Shown: positions 10,134 through 20,355 of the stretch, piece after piece | Position numbering within the stretch: the first letter of the stretch is position 1 | Layout of the letters: every line of letters begins with the position of its first letter | Origin: Longimicrobiales bacterium | GTDB lineage: Bacteria; Gemmatimonadota; Gemmatimonadetes; Longimicrobiales; Gaopeijiaceae | DNA length: 64,000 bases | Direction of reading: 5' to 3' | Assembly (NCBI GenBank): GCA_965226375.1 | Contig: CBDDCX010000008.1 | Coordinates: 1,728,001 to 1,792,000 of the forward strand | Translations under genes and position numbers: made by a program | Notes under the pieces: generated by a model | Seen by the model: only the letters and a program-made list of their open reading frames with translations | What the model was told of the DNA's origin: nothing | The model's database searches: none

Positions 10134-11500
10134 TAGAGCAGAACGGTGGCGAGGCCAAGCAGCAGCAGGAAGCCCGTCAGATCCGTGAGAGCCGTGAGGA
10201 AGACCGTCGATGCCACGGCGGGGTCCTGTCCCATGCGATCGAGGAACGTCGGAATGAAGGAGCCGGCGAACCCGGCCATGGCGATGTTGCCCCACATGGC
10301 GAGCAGAACGACGACTCCGAGGCGTGGGTCGGCACCCGCCGCACTCGCGAGCGCCGCGGACGCAGCAGCCACGACCGTCCCGATGACCCCGCCGTTCAGC
10401 AACGCCACCAGGAGCTCCTTGCCGACCACGTGGCCCCGGCTCTCCAGTGGGCCCGTCGACGTGGCCAGTCGGCGGATCGTCACGGCCAGAGCCTGCTGAC
10501 CTGCGTTGCCCCCGAGACCGGCCACCACCGGCATCACGACGGCCAGAAGGGTGGCGGCGGCAATCTGGTCACGAAAGATCCAGACCACGGCGGCGGCGAA
10601 GCTGGCCGTCATCGTGTTCAGGAGGAGCCAGGGTAGCCGGGCCCGGATCGCGTCCATCGAGCTACCACGTAACTCCTCGTCGTCGGACACACCGGAGAAA
10701 AGGAGCAGGTCTTCGGTGGTCTCCGCCTCAATCACGTCGATGACGTCGTCGAAGGTCACACGGCCCAAGAGGACGCCGTCCTCCGAGACCACTGGGAGGG
10801 AGGGAAGGTTGTAGCGCCGGATGAGGTGACCCACGTCTTCCTGATCCGTATCCGGAATCACCGATGCGACGATGGGCTCGACGAGGTTTTGCACGGGTTC
10901 GTCGGGGTCCGCGAGGATCAAGTCATCCAGCGGAACGGTGCCCAGGAGCCGCACGCCGTCGTCCACCACGAACACCCTGTAGAAGTCCTCGACCCTACGA
11001 CCCTGAACCCTCACCACACCGATCGCCTCCCCTGCGGTCACCGTGCCGAGCACGGACACCAGGGCGGTGGTCATGATACCCCCGGCGGTTTCCTCGTCGT
11101 ATTGGAGAAGGTCTCGGATCTCTCCGGCCTCATCGGCCGGCAGCTGGGCCAGGATGCGATCCTGGTCCTCGGGCTCCAACTCGCCGATGAGGTCGGCGGC
11201 ATCGTCGTCGGGGAGCTCGTGCAGGAGCTCAGCACCCTCCGTCGGCTCGAGAGCGGCGAGGAGCTCCGCACGGGCGTCCCCCTCCTCCATCTCGGCCAGG
11301 GCCTCGGAGGCAAGCTCCGCGGGAAGGGCCCGCACGAGGGCCAGACGCGTAGCCCCATCCACCGATTCCACGACATCAGCGATGTCCGAAGGATGGAGCT
11401 CAGCGAGAAACGCCTCCAAAGCCCTCATGTCGCCCTGGTCGACGAGGGTGGCCATGCGCTCCCTGAGATCGGGAAGATCCTGAGTCCGGCTGGTGCTCAT
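10133..11500 (-). CDS. mgtE: Magnesium transporter MgtE
   Basis: N-terminal acidic domain (HPSDIAD, DDAADL), CBS pair (TAGGIMT), RLPWL, GGNAGQQ and DPAVAS membrane motifs. Confidence 0.95.
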   Translation of the reverse strand: MSTSRTQDLPDLRERMATLVDQGDMRALEAFLAELHPSDIADVVESVDGATRLALVRALPAELASEALAEMEEGDARAELLAALEPTEGAELLHELPDDDAADLIGELEPEDQDRILAQLPADEAGEIRDLLQYDEETAGGIMTTALVSVLGTVTAGEAIGVVRVQGRRVEDFYRVFVVDDGVRLLGTVPLDDLILADPDEPVQNLVEPIVASVIPDTDQEDVGHLIRRYNLPSLPVVSEDGVLLGRVTFDDVIDVIEAETTEDLLLFSGVSDDEELRGSSMDAIRARLPWLLLNTMTASFAAAVVWIFRDQIAAATLLAVVMPVVAGLGGNAGQQALAVTIRRLATSTGPLESRGHVVGKELLVALLNGGVIGTVVAAASAALASAAGADPRLGVVVLLAMWGNIAMAGFAGSFIPTFLDRMGQDPAVASTVFLTALTDLTGFLLLLGLATVLL

Positions 11501-11519
11501 GCCCCGCAGAGTGGGGCGT

Positions 11520-11951
11520 TCACAACGCTTCGTCCAGTAGCTCTCCGAGAAGTCTTTCCCGGACCCTGAACATCTCGCTGTCGAAGCGAGCGTCGGTCTC
11601 GGGATGCTCGTGTCCCAACACGTGCAGCACGCCGTGGATCGCCAGTCGCGCGAGTTCCTCCGTCACCGGAATGGCCATGTCGGCGGCCTGACGTACCGCC
11701 TGCTCGTGACCGACGTAGACATCGCCGAGGACCGGTTGACCCGCTTCGTGAAGAGCGAATGCGATGACGTCAGTGGGCTGATCCCGACCGAGGTGGTCTC
11801 GGTTGAGCTCACGGATGGCACGGTCGCCCAGGAGTGCAAGGGAGATCTCACCCTCCTCGACGCCGGCATCGCTCAATACCAATTCGACGGCCGCGCAAAG
11901 TAGATCTCGGGACACATACTTCGTATCTCCGAGAGAGATCTGAACCTCCAA
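11520..11951 (-). CDS. ybeY: rRNA maturation RNase YbeY
   Basis: LNRDHLGRDQPTDVIAF, LGDVYV and HGVLHVLGHEH motifs; TTG start. Confidence 0.93.
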   Translation of the reverse strand: MEVQISLGDTKYVSRDLLCAAVELVLSDAGVEEGEISLALLGDRAIRELNRDHLGRDQPTDVIAFALHEAGQPVLGDVYVGHEQAVRQAADMAIPVTEELARLAIHGVLHVLGHEHPETDARFDSEMFRVRERLLGELLDEAL

Positions 11952-11956
11952 CCGGC

Positions 11957-14341
11957 TCAGACCCCTTCGTCGGTTACGGCACCGAGCTCCATCTGTGCGT
12001 CGTCCTTATCGGCTCCTTCGGAGATCGAGCTGTCGTCGGCCCCGGAGGTCGATCGGTCGGCGGGCTCGGACACCGTGCCCGCGTCTGCAACGGAATCCTT
12101 CTCAGCCTTCGACGCCCGCGAACCGGGAGCCTCGGTCAGGTGTTGAGTGGTCGGATAATCGATCCGGTGATGGTAGATGCCGCTCAGAACCTTCACGAAC
12201 GTGTCCTTCAGCACGGTGATCTCCCGCAACGTCAGTGGAGCCTCATCGAGCTGCCCGTCCTCCCGCTTGCCCTCGACGATGCCGTCCACGAGGCCCCGCA
12301 CCCGCTCCGGAGTGGGCTCCTGAAGCACGCGCGTCGCCGACTCGATGGAGTCCGCCATCATGGCGATGGCCGTCTCCTTCGACTGAGGCTTGGGTCCGGG
12401 ATAACGGAAGTCGGCCTCGTCCACGTTGTCCTCACCGAACTCGTCCTTCGCTCGCGCGTGGAAGAAGGCGATCAGCTGCGTGCCGTGGTGCTCGGCGATG
12501 AAGTTGAGCACGATGTTGGGCAATTTCTCCTCACGGGCCAGCCGCAAGCCTTCCGTAACGTGCTCGCGCACGATGGAGGCAGACGTGTCGGGCTTCAGCT
12601 TGTCGTGGGGATTCCTACCCTCGGGTTGGTTCTCTACGAAGTAATGAGGCTTGAGCACCTTTCCGACGTCATGGTAGTACAGACCGACCCGGCACAGCAG
12701 ACCGTGTGCGCCGATGGCATTCGCGGCCATCTCACCGAGGTTGGCCACGTTGATCGTGTGCGCGTAGCTCCCCGGGGCTTCCAGGGACAGTCGCCGGAGC
12801 AGTGAGCGATTCGGATCCGCCCACTCCAGCAGGGTCTGGTCGGTGGTGATCCCGGTAAACCACTCGAAGACGGGCATGAAGCCCATAGCGATGAGGGCGC
12901 TCAAGGCCGCATTCGCCCCCGCCCATCCCATCGAGACGGCAACCGGTCCGGCGGAGAGCCCATCCAGAAGCGCCAGGGCGAGGAGGGTCACGACGTAGGA
13001 GCCGGTGATGATTGCCACGAACACCCACGTCTGTGCTCGGCGCCGGACAACGCGCACACTCATGGCGGCCGCGGCCCCTCCGACCATGGTCGGGAACAGA
13101 ACAGCCGTGGCGGCGAACGGGGACTGCGCCACAGTCAGCACGGCCAGAACGAGCCCCATGACCAGAGCGATCCTGGAGTCCCAGAGGACCGCAACGGTCA
13201 GGGTGACAAACGCCAGCGGCAATGCCTCAGGCGGAAGGCCATTGGAGGCAACGAGCCGCGCCAGAGCGAAGTAGGCGACTACGAGCCCCGCCTGCAGGAC
13301 CAGCCAGCGGAGAGAGTCGTATATCAGCGGCCGAATGAAGTAGACGAGCACACCGAACACCGCGAGGATGGTCAGGTTCAGGAGGAACGCCCCGAAGATC
13401 ACTCCAAACCGAAGCCCCGGATCCTGTAGCTGCTGGCGTTGCCGCAACTCCGCCTCATAGGCGTTCAGGCGCTCCAGATCCTCGCGCGTGATGGGTTCGT
13501 TGGCCCGCACGATGGCCTCCTGCTGCACCACGTTCCCCTTGGTCGTAGAGACCGCCTGCCGAGCCTGTTCGCGGTCAGCCTCGGTCGTGGAAGCGTTGAA
13601 CTCCAGCGAATAGACCGTATGGCGGATCATGATCAGGCGGAGGAGCTCGCTGAGCTCGGGGCTGGGCGTCATGAGCTGATTGACGACGTGGTCCTGGAAC
13701 TCACGGCCGGAGAGCATATCGTCGCTCGCCACCGAGCGCCGGCCCCCTGCGGCGGTATTCTGGATCAAGACGCGCTCCGCCGTGAGCTCCCGAGCCTGAC
13801 TGGCGTCCGTGATTCCGGGGACGGCAAATTGCCGGGCCCCGGATATGGATACCGTACGCAGCAGGAGTCGGGTCTCCTCGTTCATCAGCAACGTGGCCTG
13901 ATCCAACCCGGAGACCACGGAAGACCCCAACAAAAAACGGCGCAGCGTCTCCGCGTCACCGGCAGAAGCGATCGTGTCGATTTGGTCGAAGAAGCGTCCC
14001 AACCGAAGCGCCATCGTATCGGCAGCTCCGGATCGGAAGTCGAAGGTGGGCGACATTCCAGCCGCTGCATCGGCACGTTCGCGCTGCAGCTGGGCGATAG
14101 ATTTGGGAACGACGAAGGGCACCTCGGCGATCACCGGCTCCGTCAGAACCATACCCACCGTATAACGGCCGACGGTCGACCGCCCCATCGGAGGGAAGAG
14201 AGCCGTAACCACCGCCGCCACGCCCACGATGAGCAGCAGCCGCGATCCATGGTACAGCACCCCGTCCGGCCAGAGCGGCCTCGGTTCGTCCGAAGGGCCG
14301 CCGGAGATCGGGGCCAGGTTTCCGCGACCGCTACGGGTCAA
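11957..14341 (-). CDS. 7TM-HDIG phosphohydrolase (PgpH-like cyclic-di-AMP phosphodiesterase family)
   Basis: Extracellular domain + about 7 TM helices + EAPGSYAH, YHDVGK, EHHGT, FRYPGPKPQSKE, ADSIESA; lies between phoH and ybeY. Confidence 0.9.
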   Translation of the reverse strand: MTRSGRGNLAPISGGPSDEPRPLWPDGVLYHGSRLLLIVGVAAVVTALFPPMGRSTVGRYTVGMVLTEPVIAEVPFVVPKSIAQLQRERADAAAGMSPTFDFRSGAADTMALRLGRFFDQIDTIASAGDAETLRRFLLGSSVVSGLDQATLLMNEETRLLLRTVSISGARQFAVPGITDASQARELTAERVLIQNTAAGGRRSVASDDMLSGREFQDHVVNQLMTPSPELSELLRLIMIRHTVYSLEFNASTTEADREQARQAVSTTKGNVVQQEAIVRANEPITREDLERLNAYEAELRQRQQLQDPGLRFGVIFGAFLLNLTILAVFGVLVYFIRPLIYDSLRWLVLQAGLVVAYFALARLVASNGLPPEALPLAFVTLTVAVLWDSRIALVMGLVLAVLTVAQSPFAATAVLFPTMVGGAAAAMSVRVVRRRAQTWVFVAIITGSYVVTLLALALLDGLSAGPVAVSMGWAGANAALSALIAMGFMPVFEWFTGITTDQTLLEWADPNRSLLRRLSLEAPGSYAHTINVANLGEMAANAIGAHGLLCRVGLYYHDVGKVLKPHYFVENQPEGRNPHDKLKPDTSASIVREHVTEGLRLAREEKLPNIVLNFIAEHHGTQLIAFFHARAKDEFGEDNVDEADFRYPGPKPQSKETAIAMMADSIESATRVLQEPTPERVRGLVDGIVEGKREDGQLDEAPLTLREITVLKDTFVKVLSGIYHHRIDYPTTQHLTEAPGSRASKAEKDSVADAGTVSEPADRSTSGADDSSISEGADKDDAQMELGAVTDEGV

Positions 14342-15321
14342 GAATCCCCCTCGGAGTCTGATCTGGCATAGGCCCGGATGATGTCCTTCACCAACCGGTG
14401 CCGGACCACGTCCATGTCGTCCAAGTAAATCAATTGGATACCGTCGATCCCACTCAAGATAGCCTCGATCTCGAGCAGTCCGGAATCCTCACGTCTGGGG
14501 AGATCGATCTGGGTCTTGTCGCCGGTGATGACCACCTGTGAGTTCAGACCCAGACGAGTGAGGAACATCTTCATCTGAGCCGTCGTCGAGTTCTGCGCCT
14601 CATCCAGGATCACGAATGCGTCCGACAGCGTCCGGCCCCGCATATAGGCGAGGGGCGCGATCTCGATGGTGTTGTCCTCTAGGGCGCGCCGCACGCGATC
14701 GCTGGGCATCATGTCCTCGAGCGCATCGTAAAGCGGCCGAAGATAAGGGTCGACCTTCTCCTGCATGTCACCGGGCAAGAAGCCGAGACTCTCACCGGCC
14801 TCCACCGCAGGCCGTGCCAGGACAATGCGCTTGATCCGCTTCTTGTAGAGGGCGTCCAGGGCCGCGGCCACGGCGAGATAGGTCTTGCCGGTCCCCGCCG
14901 GGCCGATCCCGATGACGATATCGTTGTCCAGAATGGAGCCGAGGTAACGCCGTTGGCCATCCGACTTGGGACGGATGACCTTGCGGGTACCCGGAAGTGC
15001 GATCCCGATATCGTCCTCCGGATGCACCACTCCGTCACCGCCGTGAGCGGCGAAACCCTCGGCAAAGCGCGCGATGTCGTTGGCATCGAACGGAGCCCGA
15101 AGACGGGAGAGTTCGATGACGTGTTGCACCACGGGAGCCGCCTGCTCCACGGCTATGACCTCGCCCGAGAGGATGACGTGGTCGCCCCTGAGGACCAGGC
15201 GAATGCCGAACAGCTTGGACACCTCCTGCAGGTTGGCATCGTTCACTCCGGTCAACAGGAGCGGATCTATTCCCTCAGCGTCCAACCGATGCTCGACTAT
15301 GGTACTCTGTCCTGACGTCAT
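14338..15321 (-). CDS. phoH: PhoH family ATPase
   Basis: GPAGTGKTYLA, RPAVEAGESLGFLPGD, YMRGRTL and DEAQN motifs. Confidence 0.95.
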   Translation of the reverse strand: MTSGQSTIVEHRLDAEGIDPLLLTGVNDANLQEVSKLFGIRLVLRGDHVILSGEVIAVEQAAPVVQHVIELSRLRAPFDANDIARFAEGFAAHGGDGVVHPEDDIGIALPGTRKVIRPKSDGQRRYLGSILDNDIVIGIGPAGTGKTYLAVAAALDALYKKRIKRIVLARPAVEAGESLGFLPGDMQEKVDPYLRPLYDALEDMMPSDRVRRALEDNTIEIAPLAYMRGRTLSDAFVILDEAQNSTTAQMKMFLTRLGLNSQVVITGDKTQIDLPRREDSGLLEIEAILSGIDGIQLIYLDDMDVVRHRLVKDIIRAYARSDSEGDS

Positions 15322-17138
15322 GCCGTTCCGCCCTTTACCGTGGCCGGTGGCTCTATCAACTCCGCCCTACGGAGCCCCAGATCGGTCAGATCCGTATCGG
15401 ACAAGGGAGTGGGAGCACCCTCGAAAAGCGCACGTGCCGCCGTGGTCTTGGGGAACGCGATCACGTCCCTGATACTGTTCGCTCCCACGAACTCAGCGAC
15501 GATCCTATCCATCCCGAAGGCCACTCCGCCATGGGGTGGAGCTCCGGAATCAAGTGCGCCCAACAAGAATCCGAACTTCAGTTCGATCTCTTCGTCCTCG
15601 AGACCGAGGATTCTCAAGATGCGACGTTGGATATCCGGATCATGATTCCTGATACTCCCCGACCCGAACTCGACGCCGTTGTACACCAGGTCGTACGCGA
15701 GACCTCGCGTCGACATCGCGTCGGAATCGAGGAGCTCGACATCGTCCGGGTGTGGCATCACGAACGGATGGTGATTCGCCGCCGGCCGGCCGTCGGCTCC
15801 CGGTTCGAACATGGGAAAGTCCACGACCCACAGCCACGCGTGCTCTCGCTCTTTTTCGATGCCGAGCGCCTCGATGACAGCCGCCCTGGTAGCAGCCAGC
15901 GCCGCCGAGGTTATGCGGTCGTCTCCGGCGGCCACCAGGACCAGGTCTCCGGACTCCATGCCGAGCGCCTGGAAGGCGCTCTCGTCCATGAACCGGGATA
16001 GCGGTCCCGATCCACCCTCCTCGCCCAGCTTGGCCCACAGAAGGCCGGGCGCACCCGCGGCCTTGGCGTGGGACTCGACGGCCTCTACCTCTCGCCTGGA
16101 CAAACGTGCTCCTGCCTTCAGGAGCAAACCGCGGATACGCCCTCCGCCCTCGACGGCCGCGTTCAGAATGGCGGACTCACCGCCGCTCAGGACGTCGGTC
16201 CAGTCCTGGATCTCCAGCGAGTAGCGCAGGTCGGGGCGATCGATGCCGAAGCGGTCGAGCGCTTCCCGATGGGTCATCCGCGCGAAGGGCGTCTCTGCTT
16301 CCACGCCGGGGGCCTCGGCCGCCAACACGGCCATCAGTCCCTCCATCCACCGCAAGATGTCGTCGGGCTCCACGAAGGAGGCTTCGACGTCGATCTGCGT
16401 GAATTCGGGCTGCCGGTCGGCTCTCGGATCTTCGTCCCGAAAGCAACGGGCAATCTGGAAGTAGCGGTCGAACCCGGCGGCCATGCAGATCTGTTTGTAG
16501 ATTTGCGGGCTCTGAGGCAGGGCGTAGAACTCACCCTTGTGTACGCGGCTCGGCACCAGGTAGTCCCTGGCGCCCTCCGGCGTCGGCTTGGTGAGAACGG
16601 GCGTCTCCACCTCTATGAAACCCAAGGCGTCCATGTAGTTGCGGCACGCCAGGATCAGGCGGTGTCGGAGTCTCAGGTTGCTCTGGAGCTCGTCGCGACG
16701 CAGATCGAGAACACGATGCTTCAGACGTAACTCCTCCGAGGGCAGTTCGTCTTCCGGCGCCTGATAGACGGGAATCGCCGGCACGTCGGCGTCGGTAAGC
16801 AGACGTAGGGTCGTAGCCCGGATCTCCACATCTCCGGTGGCCATGTCCGTGTTTCGGGCCTCCCGCGGGCGGGCGACCACGGGACCCACCACGGTCACCA
16901 CGTCCTCCGCACCGAGCCGATGAGCCAACTCCAGAGAAGACGCCTCCGTCCAATCGGGTCCAAGAGAGACCTGGACGAGCCCGCTGCGGTCACGCAGATC
17001 CAGAAAGATCAATCCGCCAAGATCCCGGCGGCGATGGACCCAGCCGGCCAGCTTCAACTCGGTCCCCTCATCACCGGCCCGAATGCCGCCGACCATTCGA
17101 GAACGGAGCGCCGTGCGCTCAATATCGATATCCGTCAT
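15318..17138 (-). CDS. aspS: Aspartate--tRNA ligase
   Basis: GWVHRRRDLGG, TPEGARDYLVPSR, LPQSPQ, RCFRDED.RADRQPEFTQID, PPHGGVAFGMDR motifs. Confidence 0.97.
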   Translation of the reverse strand: MTDIDIERTALRSRMVGGIRAGDEGTELKLAGWVHRRRDLGGLIFLDLRDRSGLVQVSLGPDWTEASSLELAHRLGAEDVVTVVGPVVARPREARNTDMATGDVEIRATTLRLLTDADVPAIPVYQAPEDELPSEELRLKHRVLDLRRDELQSNLRLRHRLILACRNYMDALGFIEVETPVLTKPTPEGARDYLVPSRVHKGEFYALPQSPQIYKQICMAAGFDRYFQIARCFRDEDPRADRQPEFTQIDVEASFVEPDDILRWMEGLMAVLAAEAPGVEAETPFARMTHREALDRFGIDRPDLRYSLEIQDWTDVLSGGESAILNAAVEGGGRIRGLLLKAGARLSRREVEAVESHAKAAGAPGLLWAKLGEEGGSGPLSRFMDESAFQALGMESGDLVLVAAGDDRITSAALAATRAAVIEALGIEKEREHAWLWVVDFPMFEPGADGRPAANHHPFVMPHPDDVELLDSDAMSTRGLAYDLVYNGVEFGSGSIRNHDPDIQRRILRILGLEDEEIELKFGFLLGALDSGAPPHGGVAFGMDRIVAEFVGANSIRDVIAFPKTTAARALFEGAPTPLSDTDLTDLGLRRAELIEPPATVKGGTA

Positions 17139-17542
17139 GTCCGTACCGTTGACGATGCTGTTGTTCCTTCGTCGGGTGCCCGATCGCTCTGTCGCGAAGA
17201 AGGCACGAATCTAGTGAAGAGGAGGTACCCCGCGAGCACTCCAAGAGCGTTCGCCAAGCCATCCATGAGCTCTGCCTCCCTGCCCGGCACGAACGTTTGG
17301 TACCACTCGACCAACGCGCCATACACCACGCCCATGACCATCAGGACCGCGACCGATACACCAGATGCCGTCCGGTCCCTTCCCCATGCAAGGGTCAGGC
17401 CGAGAACCAGATAAGCACCACCGTGGACTAGCTTGTCGATTCCGGAGTCCAAGCTGACGCTCGGCGCACTCCAGGCACTCAACAAAAAGAGGACCGCCGC
17501 CCAAAGGACGGCAGGCCCCCAGCCGATGACCTTCTGGATCAT
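17135..17542 (-). CDS. VanZ family membrane protein
   Basis: DKLVHGGAY, EWYQTFVPGR, DGLANALG; likely ATG at 17542 (MIQKVIGWGP). Confidence 0.85.
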   Translation of the reverse strand: MIQKVIGWGPAVLWAAVLFLLSAWSAPSVSLDSGIDKLVHGGAYLVLGLTLAWGRDRTASGVSVAVLMVMGVVYGALVEWYQTFVPGREAELMDGLANALGVLAGYLLFTRFVPSSRQSDRAPDEGTTASSTVRT

Positions 17543-17767
17543 GGATTGTTCGGTGATAGGAACAGCGCCCGATCCTCCTCTCAATCGTGTCAGAATCGCT
17601 TGAAGTTTAACCCGCGCACCGGAGCGATACAAGAAAACCCACCGAGCCTCAGGTGGCCACACCGGACTTCTCCGACAGGCCTCCAGACGCCGTTACGTTA
17701 TCTTTTCGCTTAACCGTGCGGAACCGCCGCTCACGGCACAGCGGCAAGGCGTCACACCCGGTATACG

Positions 17768-18856
17768 ATGCACGCTGACAAGACCGACCTGCTCGGACTG
17801 ACACCCGAGGAACTCGACGTGGCCCTTGCGGACCATTTCGACTCCAGGGGCCAACCGTCGTACAGGGCCGAGCAGGTGAGGCGTTGGATCCTCGAGGAAT
17901 GCGTCGAGAATTTCGACGACATGACCAATCTGCCCGGGGGTGAACGCGCAGCTCTCGGGGCCGCCTTCGTTCTGGGCGAGGCCGTAGCCGATACGGTGTC
18001 ACGCTCCTCCGACGGCACCGTCAAACACCTCTGGAAGCTCTTGGACGGGGAGCTCGTGGAATCGGTTCTGATTCCGGCGACCGATCGGCTCACGCTCTGC
18101 ATCTCCTCCCAGGCCGGCTGCGCTATGGGATGCACCTTCTGTGCGACCGGTTGGGCCGGTTTCCGGCGACAGCTGACCGCGGGCGAGATCGTCTCCCAAT
18201 ACCGCGCGTCGCGCCGGTGGGCCGATGACAACGACTACGGCCGGATCACGAACGTCGTCTACATGGGAATGGGCGAGCCCATGAGCAACAGGAAGGCCCT
18301 CAACGCCTCATTGACGATCCTCCACCAGGGATATGGACTGGGCGCCCGCCGCATTACGGTATCCACGGTCGGGGTCGTGCCCGGGATCCTGGAGCTAGCC
18401 ACGCGCAAGGAGCAGTTTCGCCTCGCCGTCTCGCTCCACTCGCCGGAGTCCGAGTCTCGCCAAGAGCTCATCCCGTTGGAGAAGCGGTATCCTCTGACTG
18501 AACTGGTCGAGGCCCTCCGCCGTTTCAACCGAGCCGGAGGGCGCAGGATCACCTTCGAATACATCATGATTCGAGGTGTGAACGACGCCCTGAGCTTTGC
18601 TCCGAAGCTGGCCGAGCTCGCGTTTTCACTCGAGGCCTTCGTAAACCTCATCCCCTTCAACCCCATCCCCGATCAGGACTGGAAGGCGAGCACCGGAGGG
18701 CGAATCGAGGAGTTCCGGTCCGTTCTCGAGGAGCGGGGTGTGGCCGTTGCCGTTCGGGTGCCCAGGGGACGCGACATCGACGCGGCATGCGGGCAGCTGC
18801 GTGCGAGCGCCCTGGTGGAGCTTCAGCCGTCTTCCAAGGCGACGAGCGAGATGTGA
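17768..18856 (+). CDS. rlmN: 23S rRNA (adenine(2503)-C2)-methyltransferase RlmN
   Basis: CISSQAGCAMGCTFCATG, MGMGEP and DIDAACGQL motifs. Confidence 0.96.
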   Translation: MHADKTDLLGLTPEELDVALADHFDSRGQPSYRAEQVRRWILEECVENFDDMTNLPGGERAALGAAFVLGEAVADTVSRSSDGTVKHLWKLLDGELVESVLIPATDRLTLCISSQAGCAMGCTFCATGWAGFRRQLTAGEIVSQYRASRRWADDNDYGRITNVVYMGMGEPMSNRKALNASLTILHQGYGLGARRITVSTVGVVPGILELATRKEQFRLAVSLHSPESESRQELIPLEKRYPLTELVEALRRFNRAGGRRITFEYIMIRGVNDALSFAPKLAELAFSLEAFVNLIPFNPIPDQDWKASTGGRIEEFRSVLEERGVAVAVRVPRGRDIDAACGQLRASALVELQPSSKATSEM

Positions 18857-18865
18857 CCCGAAGCC

Positions 18866-19030
18866 CTAGTGTCCTGAGTCAGAAGTCCGGCGCAGAACCG
18901 AGGGGGCCGAGGCGCCGCCCTGGCAAGGCGCGATGACGAGTAATAGCAGGGCTATTGGGAGGAAGAGAAACGCGGCCAGGGTGGATGCATCGGGCCACAT
19001 ATCCGGCGAACTTCTGACTCAGGACACTAG
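18866..19030. mobile_element. 165-bp MITE-like element with 21-bp perfect terminal inverted repeats
   Basis: CTAGTGTCCTGAGTCAGAAGT (18866-18886) and ACTTCTGACTCAGGACACTAG (19010-19030); nested internal stems; non-coding, between convergent rlmN and lepB. Confidence 0.7.
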
Positions 19031-19045
19031 TGGGCCGCGGTCCCG

Positions 19046-19840
19046 TCAACGGATGCGAGAGAAGATTCGGCTCCCCCGGACCTCGCGAATCCAGGGAAAA
19101 GGCCTGAAGGAGCCCTTGTTGTACGAAAAGTAGATGAAGGACGTCCGCCCCTCGAGACGCCACCCCTCCAGAAGCCCCCAGTATCGCGAGTCCAGGCTGG
19201 TATCGCGATTGTCTCCCAACATGAAGTAGCGATCCTCGGGAATCACCAACGGACCCCAGTTGTCGCGGGTCGGGCGATAGCTTGGGCGGTCGACGGTGCC
19301 CGCCAGGTACTGCGACTGCCACGTCATCATCGGATGCGGAAGGTCACCCTCGGGATCGAGGTGTTTGACATAGGGCTCGTCCTGCGGCACACCGTTGAGC
19401 AGGAGTGAAGCATCGCGCATCTCTACGGTATCGCCCGGCATGCCGATGAGTCGCTTGACCAGCTTGAGATCGGGCTCGTGGGGTGGATCGAATACGATGA
19501 CGTCCCCCCGCCGTACCGACGAATAGCCTGGGATGTGGATCCGAGTACCCGGAATCCGGGCCCCGATCGCTGCTCGATTCGCCAGGAGGAAGTCTCCCAC
19601 GAGCAGCGCGTCTTCCATGGATCCGGAGGTGATGACGAAAGTCTGGAGGAGAAAAGTCCGGATCAGGACGAAGAGCACGGCGGCGATGGCCAGGGACTTG
19701 ATCCACTCGACGAAGGCGTTTTCCTCGGGCGGGGCCTTGGCCGTCTTGGCTCTCTTCGCGGTCTTGGCCGTCTTGGCCGTGGCGGCCTCGGCTCCTGAAC
19801 GTGGCTTACTCTCGCCCTTGCGTCGGCTCTTCTTGGCCAT
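19046..19840 (-). CDS. lepB: Signal peptidase I
   Basis: TSGSMEDALLVGD, LVKRLIGMPGD and MLGDNRDTSLDSRYWG motifs; low-complexity TAK repeats at the N-terminus. Confidence 0.95.
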   Translation of the reverse strand: MAKKSRRKGESKPRSGAEAATAKTAKTAKRAKTAKAPPEENAFVEWIKSLAIAAVLFVLIRTFLLQTFVITSGSMEDALLVGDFLLANRAAIGARIPGTRIHIPGYSSVRRGDVIVFDPPHEPDLKLVKRLIGMPGDTVEMRDASLLLNGVPQDEPYVKHLDPEGDLPHPMMTWQSQYLAGTVDRPSYRPTRDNWGPLVIPEDRYFMLGDNRDTSLDSRYWGLLEGWRLEGRTSFIYFSYNKGSFRPFPWIREVRGSRIFSRIR

Positions 19841-19863
19841 TCCGAACCCGGATCAACCCTCGA

Positions 19864-20355
19864 TCAGCGGAGGTGTTTGCGAAGGTCCCACCACGGGACC
19901 TCATCGCCGGGAACGTCCTCGCTCTCCGGGGTCTCCGGTGTCCACTCCCTGCCAAGCAATACGGTCACGTCCAGATAAAGGTTCGAATCAGGTTCGCTCA
20001 GGATCGACGTCGTCCCCATGACATCACCCACCGCCCGAGCCGCTTCGAGCCGACCGGACCGGTCCAGGACTACCGTGGAATCCTGGTCGAAGGATTCGGC
20101 GTTCCCGAAGTAGACCACGTCGAAACCCTGATCACGGAGGCGGTCGGTGGCCAGCCGTGCCATTCCCGCTTCGCCTCCGGCGTTGAGGACCTCGACACGA
20201 ATTCGCCCCAGAGTATTCGTTGTGGGATTGCGGGGAGGGGCCACGGAGCGCTCCTGCTCGGGGAGCGGTTTCCACTGCGAAACTGCCGAACCGATGAAGA
20301 CCCCGGTCGCCAGGACGACGCCCAGGAGCATCAGACCTCGGACGCGCTCGCCCAT
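19864..20355 (-). CDS. LytR C-terminal domain protein
   Basis: N-terminal TM, then RVEVLNAGGEAGMARLATDRLR...GNA...DVTVLLGREW. Confidence 0.85.
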   Translation of the reverse strand: MGERVRGLMLLGVVLATGVFIGSAVSQWKPLPEQERSVAPPRNPTTNTLGRIRVEVLNAGGEAGMARLATDRLRDQGFDVVYFGNAESFDQDSTVVLDRSGRLEAARAVGDVMGTTSILSEPDSNLYLDVTVLLGREWTPETPESEDVPGDEVPWWDLRKHLR

